A stretch of 64,000 nucleotides of DNA from an uncultured delta proteobacterium. GTDB taxonomy: Bacteria; Desulfobacterota; Binatia; Binatales; Binataceae. The stretch covers positions 1,696,001 through 1,760,000 of the forward strand of contig CAWCDG010000004.1 of NCBI GenBank assembly GCA_963794325.1. The letters are read 5' to 3'. Position numbers and translations under genes: made by a program. The stretch's first letter is position 1. The number at the start of each line of letters is the position of its first letter. The notes beneath the pieces were generated by a model, which saw only the letters and a list, made by a program, of their open reading frames with translations, had not been told where the DNA came from and ran no database searches. This document shows positions 18,918-29,083 of this stretch, in pieces.

Positions 18918-19420
18918 CTCTTATCCTCTCAAGATTGATATAGATTGAGCGGCGAAAATTTGGCCCCGCCCGAACCGTTGCGATAACTGCCCCAAAATGC
19001 CTCTACGGTCGTCCCTGACCCGGTCGCTAGTCCAATTTTTACGAAATTGGATTCCCACCAGCCGGTCAAAGCTACCGATGGCGCGGAAAGTCTGAATGCA
19101 ACAATGGAAAGTATTTGTCAAGAGTCGCTGCGCGGAAGCAAAAATTTTGACCCCTCGGTCCACGATTGCGAATGGCATTTGGCGGCTTCCCACGCCGTGC
19201 CACGTTGCAATCCTCGCGCCCCCTCGGCTAGCGAGGTCGGGCTACCATTTAAATCTAGTCTTGTTGCCATGCTTGCGACTAGCCTAAACGGGGTGGCCGG
19301 CGGTACGACGCGCACTGCTCCTCGCCTTGACTACTCGCCCACTCTCGTCTATCCAGAAGCTTGCCACAGCATGCTTGCAGCAGGGTTTGACCGCGATGCG
19401 GTCTTTGTTTTTTTGGGCGA

Positions 19421-20041
19421 TTGAAGCTTTTGAGAAATCTGCAGCCACTACCTAATCAGACGTTGAACAGGCCCGCTCTCTTCATATGTGCGGCGCTGCT
19501 AGGCGCGTGCTTACTAGGATTCGCAGCCTGCAAAGCGACGCCAGTAGCGGCTCCCATCGCGCCCCCGCCTGTGCAAGCCGCCACCGGCCCCACCGACGAG
19601 GCCAGCCAGGCGTTGCCGAAAGATCTGTACCCCTCTATGCCCATCTATCCGGGCGCCAAGATCGAGCACGTCCGCAAGCCCAAGGGTGCGATGCGCGAAA
19701 TCATGTTCAGCTCGGACGCCCAGATGCAGCAGATGGTCGCCTACTACAAGGAGCAGCTGAAGAAGAACGACTTTCACATCACGTCGTCGCTCATCATGCC
19801 GGCACGCAAAACGTGGTCATGCGACTTCCATTACAACGGGCGCCCCGGCAGCATCATGCTCTATCCGAGCGATCAGGATAAGACGAAAATGACGATCGAT
19901 CTCATCTACGAGCTGCCCGCGCACGTGGATGAATCGCTGATGGAACCCAAGGAAGAATTCGATATAGAAGGACCGGGCGAACTGGCCCAGCAGGCACCGA
20001 GTACAAATCCAAATCCAAGCGAGAAGGCAAAGAGGAACTAG
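19421..20041 (+). CDS. Hypothetical lipoprotein
   Basis: FAAC lipobox, Pro-rich linker, PIYPGA motif; start uncertain. Confidence 0.65.
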   Translation: MKLLRNLQPLPNQTLNRPALFICAALLGACLLGFAACKATPVAAPIAPPPVQAATGPTDEASQALPKDLYPSMPIYPGAKIEHVRKPKGAMREIMFSSDAQMQQMVAYYKEQLKKNDFHITSSLIMPARKTWSCDFHYNGRPGSIMLYPSDQDKTKMTIDLIYELPAHVDESLMEPKEEFDIEGPGELAQQAPSTNPNPSEKAKRN

Positions 20042-20045
20042 TTAG

Positions 20046-20978
20046 ATGGCACTACTGACAGGCAAAGTTGCGGTAATCACCGGCGCCGGCCGCGGCATCG
20101 GGCGCGAAGAGGCGTTGTTGCTGGCGAAGCACGGCGCCAAGGTCGTCGTGAACGATCTCGGCGGACACTTCGACGGCACCGGGCAATCGCGCTCCCCGGC
20201 CGAGGACGTCGTCAAGGAAATCCGCTCGGCGGGCGGCGAGGCGGTCGCCAACTTCGAGAGCGTCACCGATTTCAAGGCGGCCAAGCGCATCATCGATTGC
20301 GCAATCGATAACTTCGGCAAGCTCAACATCGTGGTGAACAACGCCGGCATCCTGCGCGACCGCATGATCTTCAACATGAGCGAAGAGGACTGGGACGCCG
20401 TCGTCACCGTCCATCTGAAGGGATCGTTCAACGTCGCGCGCCACGCGACCGCGTACTGGCGCGAGCAGCACAAGGCCGGCAACGTGCTCAACGGCCGGCT
20501 CATCAACACCAGCTCCGACTCGGGCATCCTGGGCAATGCGGGACAGAGCAACTACGGCGCTGCGAAAGCGGCAGTGGCTGCGATGGCGATAATCGTGGAC
20601 CGCGAGATGAGCCGCTACGGCGTCACCGCCAATGCGATCGCGCCGGTCGCGCGCACTCGGCTGACAGTCGATGCGACTCCGCAGACCGCCGCCGGCATGG
20701 CGAAGAAAGAAGGTGAGTGGGACGCGTTCACGCCTGCGCACGTCGCGCCGCTGGTTGCGTGGCTCGGCAGCGACGACGCCAAAGACGTTCACGGCGAAGT
20801 CTTCCGCGTCGGCCTGGGCAACGTGTGGCTGATGCGCGGATGGCACACCGGCGCCAAGGTATCGAAGAAGGGCTCGATGTGGGAGCCGGCCGAACTTGGC
20901 ACGAAGCTCAAGGAAGAGCTCGCCAAGGGCGTGACCAAGAAGGAGAGCATGGGCGAGGTGATGGGCGGGGGCGTGTAG
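20046..20978 (+). CDS. SDR oxidoreductase (3-hydroxyacyl-CoA dehydrogenase/MFE-like)
   Basis: TGAGRGIG, VVVNDLG, NNAGILRD, GQSNYGAAK. Confidence 0.92.
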   Translation: MALLTGKVAVITGAGRGIGREEALLLAKHGAKVVVNDLGGHFDGTGQSRSPAEDVVKEIRSAGGEAVANFESVTDFKAAKRIIDCAIDNFGKLNIVVNNAGILRDRMIFNMSEEDWDAVVTVHLKGSFNVARHATAYWREQHKAGNVLNGRLINTSSDSGILGNAGQSNYGAAKAAVAAMAIIVDREMSRYGVTANAIAPVARTRLTVDATPQTAAGMAKKEGEWDAFTPAHVAPLVAWLGSDDAKDVHGEVFRVGLGNVWLMRGWHTGAKVSKKGSMWEPAELGTKLKEELAKGVTKKESMGEVMGGGV

Positions 20979-20982
20979 ATTT

Positions 20983-21504
20983 TTGACCGCTGGGAAGAAA
21001 GCCAAAAGCGCGGCTCCTCGTGAGCCGCGCTTTCGTTCCATCCTGTTTATCTGCGCCGCCAACACCGCGCGCAGCGTGATGGCCGAGCATATCCTGCGTC
21101 GCGAACTCGACGCGCTCGGCTTCGACCACAAGATCGTGATCACGTCCGCGGGCATCGCGCCGTACGCGCGCGACGGTGCGCTGGTCTCGCTCGATACGCG
21201 GATGGCGCTGCGCGAAGTCGGCATCGACATCGGCGACGAAGCGACCTCCACCGATTTGAAGCGTCATCCCGAGATGCTTGAGCAGACTGATCTCATCATC
21301 GCCATGACCGAGCAGCAGGCGCGCGAGCTGGTCGAGCGATTCCCCGGCGCGAAAGAGCGGCCGGTATTCACGCTGCGCTCGTTCGCCGGCGAGCAGGGCG
21401 ATATCGAAGACCCTTACGAGAAGGGCGACCTGGTATTCGCCGAATGCCGCGATGAAATCCACCGACTGGCCCCGACCATCATCGATCGGCTCTTTCACAA
21501 CTAG
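20983..21504 (+). CDS. Low-molecular-weight protein tyrosine/arginine phosphatase family
   Basis: CAANTARS P-loop (CX5R), SAGI, DIEDPY. Confidence 0.88.
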   Translation: MTAGKKAKSAAPREPRFRSILFICAANTARSVMAEHILRRELDALGFDHKIVITSAGIAPYARDGALVSLDTRMALREVGIDIGDEATSTDLKRHPEMLEQTDLIIAMTEQQARELVERFPGAKERPVFTLRSFAGEQGDIEDPYEKGDLVFAECRDEIHRLAPTIIDRLFHN

Positions 21505-21536
21505 CCTCGGCGCACGTCGCGCGCGATTATGCGACT

Positions 21537-21965
21537 ATGGAATTCACCAATCCGCCTGACGCCGAAATTCGCGCGATCTTGTCGAAGCCGACCACAGTCG
21601 CTGTCATCGGATGCTCCGACAATCCGGCGCGCGACTCACTTCGAATCGCGAAATTGCTGAAGGGCCGCGGTTTCAAGGTGATCCCCGTAAATCCGCAGCT
21701 CGACGCCAACGCACTGCGCGCCGCTCTCGGCGAAAAATGCTACCCCGACCTCGCATCGATTCCCGAGTCTGTCGAGATCGTGGACGTGTTCCGCCGCTCG
21801 GAGTTCGTCCCGCAAATCGTCGAGGACGCGATCGCGAAAGGCGCCCGCGTTCTGTGGTGCCAGCTCGGCGTAATCCACCTCGACGCCGCCCGCCGCGCTA
21901 AACAGGCCGGCATGACAGTCTTGATGGACCGATGCCCGGCAATCGAATACGCGCGCCTGTTCTGA
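21537..21965 (+). CDS. CoA-binding protein (YccU-like)
   Basis: VAVIG.S..P.R.S, PVNP, VDVFR, WCQLG, MDRC. Confidence 0.9.
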   Translation: MEFTNPPDAEIRAILSKPTTVAVIGCSDNPARDSLRIAKLLKGRGFKVIPVNPQLDANALRAALGEKCYPDLASIPESVEIVDVFRRSEFVPQIVEDAIAKGARVLWCQLGVIHLDAARRAKQAGMTVLMDRCPAIEYARLF

Positions 21966-21983
21966 GGTGCTTGGGGGAATATT

Positions 21984-22310
21984 ATGACGCGCTGGGAGAG
22001 CAGAACCTTCTACGTGTACATCATGGGCAGCAAGTTTGGTGTTCTGTATATCGGGGTCACAAATAATTTGGAGCGGCGCGTGAGTGAGCATCGCAAAGGA
22101 CTGATTCCCGGATTTACGAAGAAGTATCGTGTCCGGCGGCTCTTATATTTCGAACAGTTCGAAAGAGCGGTGGATGCAATCACTCGTGAGAAACAGCTCA
22201 AAGGATGGAAGCGGGCAAGAAAGCTCGATCTGATCCATTCGATGAACCTTGAGATGGTCGATCTTAGCGCGTGCTGGAGCACGCGAGATTCTTCGCTGCG
22301 CTCAGAATGA
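21984..22310 (+). CDS. Stand-alone GIY-YIG nuclease
   Basis: YVYIM...LYIGVTNNLERRV.EH...AI.REKQLKGW.R. Confidence 0.92.
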   Translation: MTRWESRTFYVYIMGSKFGVLYIGVTNNLERRVSEHRKGLIPGFTKKYRVRRLLYFEQFERAVDAITREKQLKGWKRARKLDLIHSMNLEMVDLSACWSTRDSSLRSE

Positions 22311-22398
22311 CGGAAGTTATGATGTTCCACGAAATTTCTTTTTTCTGTCTTCGTTTTATCCGTCATCCTGAGCGGAGTCTGCGCAGCGAAGGATCTCG
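22285..22398. repeat. CGTC/GTCAT-type REP doublet overlapping the GIY-YIG 3' end
   Basis: GAGATTCTTCGCTGCGCTCAGAATGACG plus the inverted CGTCATCCTGAGCG..GCGAAGGATCTC. Confidence 0.85.
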
Positions 22399-22461
22399 TC
22401 CGCCGCGCAGCGGCGGCGCCGTTGGATTCAACCGACGAGCTGGAATCGGCGGAGGTCGCAC

Positions 22462-23643
22462 ATGCGAATAATCGTGATCGGCGCCGGAATCGGCGGACTC
22501 GCCGCGGCACTCACGCTTCGACGCGCTGGTCTCGATGTTCAGGTCTTCGAGCAGGCCGCCGAATTGCGCGAGGTCGGCGCCGGCATCCAGATAAGTCCCA
22601 ACGCGTCGCGAATCCTACATCGTCTCGGACTCGAGGAGCCGATGAGCCGCATGGGAGTGAGGCCGCACGCGGTTGTCGTCCGGCGATGGGACGACGGGCG
22701 CGAGCTAACCCGGCAGCCTCTCGCCGACGCATACGAACGTAACTTTGGCGCGCCCTACTACAACTTCCATCGCGCCGATCTGCTCGATCTTCTATCAGCG
22801 GCCGTGCCCAAAGCGATGCTGCACCTGGACCATCGATGCGTCGGACTGACCCAGCGTGCGGACCGCGTCGAGGTGCAATTCCATAACGGCGCGACCGCTG
22901 ATGCCGACGTTGTCGTCGGCGCCGACGGCATTCACTCGACGGTGCGCAAAGCCATCATGGGCCCGGAGTCGCCGCGATTTTCGGGACACGTGGCGTATCG
23001 CGGGCTGGTTCCCGCGGATCGGATAGCGCACCTGGGGATGGAGCTTGCGGTCGCCGCATGGTGGGGGCCGGAGCATCATTTCGTCCACTACTATGTCGGC
23101 GCCGGCGCCCGTTACCACAATTGGGTCGCGGTCACTCCCGGCGAATGGCGCGTCGAGTCGTGGACGGCCAAAGGCGAGGTGGCAGACGCGCTCAAGGAGT
23201 TTGATGGATGGCATCCGCGGGTCCGCGAGATCATCGGCGCGGTCGAGACCACCAATCGTTGGGCGCTCTACGACCGCGACCCCCTTCCGCGATGGACCGT
23301 CGGGCGTGTCACGCTGATGGGCGATGCGGCGCATCCGATGCTCCCCTACATGGCGCAAGGCGCGGTGCAATCGATCGAGGACGCCGCGGTGCTGGCGAAA
23401 TGTCTCGAGCGCGCCGATGCGCACGATGTGGACGCGGCGCTCCAGCGCTACGAACAGACGCGCAAGCCGCGCGCATCGCGATGCCAGGAGGGATCGCGCC
23501 GCAACGGCATCATGAACCACCTCGCCGACGGCGAAGAGCAACGAAAGCGCGATGCCAACCTGGCCTCGGCCGCCACCGCTCCGCTGCCTCAGAACGCGTG
23601 GCTTTACGGTCACGACGTCGAAGCCGAATTCGAGCAAAAGTGA
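22462..23643 (+). CDS. FAD-dependent monooxygenase (salicylate hydroxylase-like, group A)
   Basis: GAGIGG, GADGIHS, GDAAHPMLP..AQGA motifs. Confidence 0.92.
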   Translation: MRIIVIGAGIGGLAAALTLRRAGLDVQVFEQAAELREVGAGIQISPNASRILHRLGLEEPMSRMGVRPHAVVVRRWDDGRELTRQPLADAYERNFGAPYYNFHRADLLDLLSAAVPKAMLHLDHRCVGLTQRADRVEVQFHNGATADADVVVGADGIHSTVRKAIMGPESPRFSGHVAYRGLVPADRIAHLGMELAVAAWWGPEHHFVHYYVGAGARYHNWVAVTPGEWRVESWTAKGEVADALKEFDGWHPRVREIIGAVETTNRWALYDRDPLPRWTVGRVTLMGDAAHPMLPYMAQGAVQSIEDAAVLAKCLERADAHDVDAALQRYEQTRKPRASRCQEGSRRNGIMNHLADGEEQRKRDANLASAATAPLPQNAWLYGHDVEAEFEQK

Positions 23644-23665
23644 AATCCGTGGGCGTCGCTGTCAG

Positions 23666-24232
23666 ATGAAGCCGCGCAAATGGAAGACGCTCAGGAGCGA
23701 CGTCGCGTACAGCACGCCGATTTTCGATTTGCATCGGCGGCGCTCGACGCACGCGCGGCGCGGCGAGCGCGACTTCTTCATCCTCGATGCGCCCAACTGG
23801 GTGAATATCATCCCGCTGGCGAAAAACGGCGACGTCGTGATGATTCGGCAATGGCGTCACGGCATCTCGGAGTTCACGCTCGAGGTGCCGGGCGGAATGG
23901 TCGATCCCGAGGATTCGTCGCCATTGCATGCCGCGCGTCGCGAGATGGTCGAGGAGACCGGCTTCGATTCAGACAAGATCGTCGCACTCGGCAAGGTGCA
24001 TCCGAATCCCGCAATCCAGGGCAACATCTGCTTCTCCTTCCTCGCCGAGAACGTGCACGAAGTTTCGCGTGTGGTGTCGCAAGGCGACGAAGAGACCGAG
24101 GTCGTGATGGTCCCGATGCGCGAAATACCCATCCTGATTGCGTCGGGCGATATAATGCATGCGCTGACGATCGCCGCATTTTCATTCCTGCACGTCTATA
24201 ACCCCCCGCCAAAGCGCCGCCGCAAAAAGTAG
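23666..24232 (+). CDS. NUDIX hydrolase (ADP-ribose pyrophosphatase-like)
   Basis: Nudix box PGG.VDPED...AARREMVEETGF. Confidence 0.9.
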   Translation: MKPRKWKTLRSDVAYSTPIFDLHRRRSTHARRGERDFFILDAPNWVNIIPLAKNGDVVMIRQWRHGISEFTLEVPGGMVDPEDSSPLHAARREMVEETGFDSDKIVALGKVHPNPAIQGNICFSFLAENVHEVSRVVSQGDEETEVVMVPMREIPILIASGDIMHALTIAAFSFLHVYNPPPKRRRKK

Positions 24233-24247
24233 TTTTCCAATAACTCT

Positions 24248-24287
24248 GGTTCCCCTTCCCGCTCGGGAAGGGGTTAGGGGTTAGGTT
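24248..24287. repeat. REP module GGTTCCCCTTCCCGCTCGGGAAGGGGTTAGGGGTTAGGTT
   Basis: Recurs at 34574-34615 and 40656-40697. Confidence 0.9.
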
Positions 24288-24384
24288 CCCCGATTCCACC
24301 ACCGCGCGAATGATTGCCGTCGCATAAGAAACCTCTGCAAGAAAATTCGGCGGCCGCGTTCAAAGAGTCGAGAGGGACGACTCG

Positions 24385-25289
24385 ATGGACGCATTCAGCT
24401 CGAAGCTCAAGCACTGGACTGGCTCATTCGCCGATCCCCGCCTGTTTCAGATTTTCTCGCTGGGCATCTTGCTCGCCGCCGGTGCGTACTTCCGCGATTT
24501 CAGCATCCGTCCATCGCAAGTCTTCCTGACCTTCGCCGCCGGCCTGCTGACGCAGACCGCGTGTTGGACGCTTACCCCGTCGAAGCCGCGCACACTGCGG
24601 AGCGTGTCATCACCTGCCTCAGCCTCACTCTGCTGCTGCGCGCTGATAATCTGATCGCGCATCCGATCGCTGCCGCCGCCGCGATTTTGTCGAAGTCGCT
24701 TTTCCGATTTCGCGGCAAGCACCTCTTCAATCCCGCGACCTTCGGCATCATTTTCGCGATCATCTTTCTCCCCGGCACGTGGGTGTCTCCCGGTCAGTGG
24801 GGCCAGGACTTCGCGATTGCTGGATGGGTCGTGATGCTCGGCATGCTGGTGACGAGTCGCGCGCGCCGCGGCGACATTAGCTGGACGTTCCTCGCGTTCT
24901 ATCTCGGCGCGCTCGCGCTTCGCGTCGAATACCTCGGACAGCGATTCTATGTCTGGACGCATCAGCTCGAGAGCGGCGCGTTGCTGCTGTTCGCATTCTT
25001 TATGATTTCCGATCCGATGACCGGCCCCGACGATCGCCGCGGCAGAATCGCGCACGCCGCTCTGGTCGCCGCGATCGCGTACGCGTGGCAGTTCAGGCTC
25101 TACCACACCAACGGACTCATCTGGGCTCTGTTTATCGCGGCAGTATGCGTTCCGCTTTGGGACGCGATTTGGCCCGCGCGCAAATTCGAATGGACACAAA
25201 ATGGAGGTGGCCATGTTTTATCGACGAATGCGGATTCTCGTTTCGGTGACGTTGACGATCGTCGCGCTTCTGCTCGCCGCGCCGCATGA
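24385..25289 (+). pseudogene. Stand-alone RnfD/NqrB-like membrane protein, frameshifted near 24600 (possible sequencing error)
   Basis: Two overlapping ORFs; DPR, SK..FR..GKHLFNPA.FG, FFMISDP.T.P motifs. Confidence 0.75.
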
Positions 25290-26613
25290 TGCGCGCGCGT
25301 TCTGCGGGTTCTACGTCGGCAAGGCTGACGGCGCGCTGGTCAATCACGCGTCGCAAGTCGTGATCGCGCATCATGACGACAAGACCGTCATCAGCCTGAT
25401 GAACGACTACCAGGGCGAGCCGTCGAATTTCGCGCTGGTGGTGCCGGTCCCGGTCGTGCTGCAGAAGGGACAGGTGCATATCGGCGATCGCGAATTGTTC
25501 CAGAAGATCGACGCATACAGTTCGCCGCGCCTGGTCGAGTACTACGATCCTGATCCGTGCCAGCTGATGATGCCGATGGCGGCGGCCGGCGGCGCGATGA
25601 TGATGCATAGAGAGGCGAACGAATCGAGTCAGCCCGAAGCCAAGACTCTCGGCGTCAAGATCGAGGCGGAATACACCGTCGGCGAATACGACATCGTGAT
25701 TCTGTCGGCCAGGGAATCGACGGGCCTGCAGACCTGGCTGCAGCTTAACGGTTACAAGGTTCCGCTCGGCGCCGACCGGGCGCTCGAGCCGTACATTCGC
25801 AGCGATATGAAGTTCTTCGTCGCGAAGGTCAATATTGCCGAGCACAATCGCACTGGGCTGACCTACCTGCGGCCGCTGCAGTTCGCCTTCGAATCGCCAA
25901 AGTTCATGCTGCCGATTCGCCTCGGGATGATTAACTCGCAAGGCCCGCAGGACCTCGTCATCTACATGCTCACCGAAAACGGCCGGGTCGAGACCACCAA
26001 CTATCGCACCGTGAAATTGCCGACCGGCATGGACCTCCCCGAGTACGTGCGTGGCGAGTTCGGCGACTTTTACAAGGCGATGTTCGAAGAGCAGGTCAAG
26101 CGCAACGACATGCGCGCCGTGTTCACCGAATACGTTTGGAACATGGGATGGTGCGATCCGTGCGCGGGGCCGCCGTTGTCGCGCGACGAGTTGAAAAGTC
26201 TCGGCGTGTTCTGGCTTGACGATCAGCCGGGCGGAGCGGCCCCGATGTACCGGCGTCCCGGCGGAGCGATGATGCCGTATCCGCAGCCGATGAATGGTGC
26301 GACGCCGGTGACGCTCACGCGCCTCCATGTCCGCTACAGCGCCGACACATTCCCCGAAGATTTGATTTTTCAGGAGACGCAGGATCAGGAGAATTTCCAG
26401 GCGCGCTACGTGCTGCATCGTCCATGGGACGGCTCGCCCACCGCATGCGAGGGCGCCCGCAACTATTTCGAAGAATTGAACAAGCGCAAAGCGCAGGAGG
26501 CCGAAACCTTGGCCGATCTGACGGGATGGAATCTGCAGGATGTAATCAGGAAGGCGGGCCTGCCGCCGGAATCGCAGCCAAAGCCATGGTGGCAGGGCAT
26601 CTGGGGCTCGTGA
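25213..26613 (+). CDS. DUF2330-like secreted protein
   Basis: Signal peptide then AFCGFYV; FALVVPVP; SPRLVEY.DPDPC; LPIRLG; GGAGG upstream. Confidence 0.85.
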   Translation: MFYRRMRILVSVTLTIVALLLAAPHDARAFCGFYVGKADGALVNHASQVVIAHHDDKTVISLMNDYQGEPSNFALVVPVPVVLQKGQVHIGDRELFQKIDAYSSPRLVEYYDPDPCQLMMPMAAAGGAMMMHREANESSQPEAKTLGVKIEAEYTVGEYDIVILSARESTGLQTWLQLNGYKVPLGADRALEPYIRSDMKFFVAKVNIAEHNRTGLTYLRPLQFAFESPKFMLPIRLGMINSQGPQDLVIYMLTENGRVETTNYRTVKLPTGMDLPEYVRGEFGDFYKAMFEEQVKRNDMRAVFTEYVWNMGWCDPCAGPPLSRDELKSLGVFWLDDQPGGAAPMYRRPGGAMMPYPQPMNGATPVTLTRLHVRYSADTFPEDLIFQETQDQENFQARYVLHRPWDGSPTACEGARNYFEELNKRKAQEAETLADLTGWNLQDVIRKAGLPPESQPKPWWQGIWGS

Positions 26614-26726
26614 GGATGCGGATGGTGTGGATGGCGCGGGGTCGTCATCGACCCCGCGCGCCCGTGGTATCGATCCTAACCTCTCCTCGGACAAGAAGAG
26701 ATTAGGATTCCGTCGGCCTGCGTGTC

Positions 26727-26933
26727 TCAGCGCTTCTCGAGCAGCCTGATCAGATTTTCAGTGTACGCCACCAAATCTCCGCAGTTCGCGCACTTGACGT
26801 TCTGAACTCCGTTCTCCTCGATGTAGATCAGCATCGACTTCCCGCCGCATTTTGAACAAGCCAGGACGTCATCAGCGGGATCGATCGGCCTCCGCCGCAT
26901 CCATCGAGAGATCCGATTTCTGAATTTGTTCAA
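26727..26933 (-). CDS. Small putative zinc-ribbon protein
   Basis: CSKCG...CANCG in a 68-aa ORF; start uncertain. Confidence 0.5.
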   Translation of the reverse strand: MNKFRNRISRWMRRRPIDPADDVLACSKCGGKSMLIYIEENGVQNVKCANCGDLVAYTENLIRLLEKR

Positions 26934-27154
26934 GTATGAGAGAATTGTAACATATAGAACAATTCCTCGAACCGCCTCGAAACCTGCCGAAATGGTGAAT
27001 CTGACACAATTGAAGATTAGGCATGAGCTCGCTGACGCCGCTGCATTGACAGATGCCCGAGTGTGCCCTAGCCTTGCCGGTTTGCTATATTATCTAACTC
27101 AGCCGGCTGGGCCGAAACTGCTTTCCTCGACCTGCAATACCCGAGTTTTTATTC

Positions 27155-28495
27155 ATGTTTGATACGCTCAGCGACCGCCTCGAAGGAGTTTTCAAAAAAC
27201 TCAAGGGTCAGGGACGCATCACCGAGCGCAATATCGAGGATGCGCTCCGCGAAGTCCGCCTCGCGCTGCTCGAAGCCGACGTCAATATCAAAGTCGTCCG
27301 CGATTTTATCGAGCACGTCAAATCCAAGGCGCTCGGCGCCGAAGTGCTGCGCTCGCTCTCGCCCGAGCAGCATCTGATCAAGTTCGTCGCCACCGAGTTG
27401 CAGAACGCGATGGGCGGTACGGCGCGCGAGCTCGATCTCAAGGTTAAGCCGCCGGTCAAAATCATGGTGGTGGGCCTGCAGGGCGCGGGCAAAACCACTT
27501 CGATTGCCAAGCTCGCGCGATGGCTCAAATCCGAGCGCAAGCGCCATCCGCTTCTGGCCTCCACCGACGTTTATCGCCCGGCCGCGATGGAGCAACTCCG
27601 CGTGCTCGGTGCGCAGGCGCAAATTCCGGTCCTCGACAGCAACGAGCAGCAGGATCCAATCGAGATCGCGTCGCGCGCGATGGCCCGCGCCGAGACCGGC
27701 GGGCATGACGCGATTCTGATCGATACCGCCGGCCGCCTGCAGATCGACGAAGAGCTGATGGACGAGCTCACGCGCCTGAAGGCGGCGCTCAATCCGCATC
27801 ACATCCTTTTCGTCGCCGACGCGATGACCGGCCAGGAGGCCGCCAACGTCGCGGCCGGCTTCCACGAGCGGCTGGGAATCTCAGGCGTCATTCTGACCAA
27901 GCTCGACTCCGATGCGCGCGGTGGCGCGGCGCTTTCCGTGCGCACGATAACCGGCGCTCCGATTCTGTTCGCGGCGACCAGCGAGAAGCTCGACGGGTTC
28001 GAAGTTTTCTACCCGGATCGGCTGACCTCGCGCATCCTCGGGATGGGCGACGTGCTGACGCTGATCGAAAAGGCGCAACAGAACTACGATCAGACCAAGG
28101 CCAAGGAGCTCGAGCGCAAGTTCAAGAAGAACGAGTTCACCATCACGGATTTCGCCGAGCAGATTCGCGCGATCAAAAAGATGGGATCGCTCGGTGAGCT
28201 GATGGGCATGATACCGGGGCTTAAGAAATTCGCGGGCGCGGCGGATTCCGAAGGCGCCAAGCTCGAGCTCGGGCGCATCGAGGCGATTATCGACTCGATG
28301 ACGTTGCAGGAGCGCGGCAATCATCTGATTATCAACGGGCGCCGGCGCGCGCGAATCGCCGGCGGCAGCGGGACCTCGGTGCAGGACGTGAATCGTTTTC
28401 TCAAACAGTTCGAACAGACGCGCAAAATGATGAAGAAAATCACCCGTATGGGCGCGGGAAAAATGATGATGCGCGGACTAGGGCTCGGCAGCTAG
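27155..28495 (+). CDS. ffh: Signal recognition particle protein
   Basis: ALLEADV, GLQGAGKTT, DTAGR, TKLD, Met-rich M domain. Confidence 0.98.
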   Translation: MFDTLSDRLEGVFKKLKGQGRITERNIEDALREVRLALLEADVNIKVVRDFIEHVKSKALGAEVLRSLSPEQHLIKFVATELQNAMGGTARELDLKVKPPVKIMVVGLQGAGKTTSIAKLARWLKSERKRHPLLASTDVYRPAAMEQLRVLGAQAQIPVLDSNEQQDPIEIASRAMARAETGGHDAILIDTAGRLQIDEELMDELTRLKAALNPHHILFVADAMTGQEAANVAAGFHERLGISGVILTKLDSDARGGAALSVRTITGAPILFAATSEKLDGFEVFYPDRLTSRILGMGDVLTLIEKAQQNYDQTKAKELERKFKKNEFTITDFAEQIRAIKKMGSLGELMGMIPGLKKFAGAADSEGAKLELGRIEAIIDSMTLQERGNHLIINGRRRARIAGGSGTSVQDVNRFLKQFEQTRKMMKKITRMGAGKMMMRGLGLGS

Positions 28496-28515
28496 AATAT
28501 TAACAGGAGAACTGA

Positions 28516-28770
28516 ATGGCACTTGTAATCCGATTGCGCCGCCATGGCGCGCGCAAGAAACCTTTCTACCGCATCGTGGTGGCTGACTCGCGATCGCCCC
28601 GTGACGGACGCTTCGTCGCACAGGTCGGAACCTACGATCCGGCGTTCGATCCGCCGCGCGTCACGATCAAAAAGGACTTGGCCGACCAATGGCTCAAGGC
28701 TGGCGCCAAGCCGAGCGACACAGTAAGAAAGTTAATTAAACGGGCTGAAACAGCAACGGCCTCCGCCTGA
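28516..28770 (+). CDS. rpsP: 30S ribosomal protein S16
   Basis: [23 protein letters not shown]. Confidence 0.98.
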   Translation: MALVIRLRRHGARKKPFYRIVVADSRSPRDGRFVAQVGTYDPAFDPPRVTIKKDLADQWLKAGAKPSDTVRKLIKRAETATASA

Positions 28771-28797
28771 TGCGACCCGCTGCAACGGAGCCATCCT

Positions 28798-29034
28798 ATG
28801 AAGGAGCTCGTCGTATTTCTCGCGCAACAACTGGTGAACGACGCTAACGCAGTGGACGTTAAGGAGACCCAGGGCGATACCGCCTCGGTACTTGAACTGC
28901 GGGTGGCGAAGGAAGATTTAGGACGCGTGATCGGCAAGCAGGGCCGAACCGCAAAGTCGATCCGCACGATCCTGAACGCCGTCGCCTCGCGCACCAACCG
29001 CAAGGTTGTTCTCGAAATCGTCGAAGACCGATGA
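28798..29034 (+). CDS. khpA: KH-domain RNA-binding protein
   Basis: DLGRVIGKQGRTAKSIR; syntenic after rpsP. Confidence 0.93.
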   Translation: MKELVVFLAQQLVNDANAVDVKETQGDTASVLELRVAKEDLGRVIGKQGRTAKSIRTILNAVASRTNRKVVLEIVEDR

Positions 29035-29083
29035 TCGCGCGGGCCTCGGCAACACATTTTTACCGTCCCGCTTGACAGCCTCA

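Noticed and set aside
18921-19420. ncRNA or small ORFs in the 500-bp spacer upstream of exbB
   Set aside because: No recognisable RNA motif or credible coding signal; consistent with a divergent promoter region
26934-27154. SRP RNA upstream of ffh
   Set aside because: The conserved SRP domain IV motif (CAGG..GGAA..AGCAG) was not found
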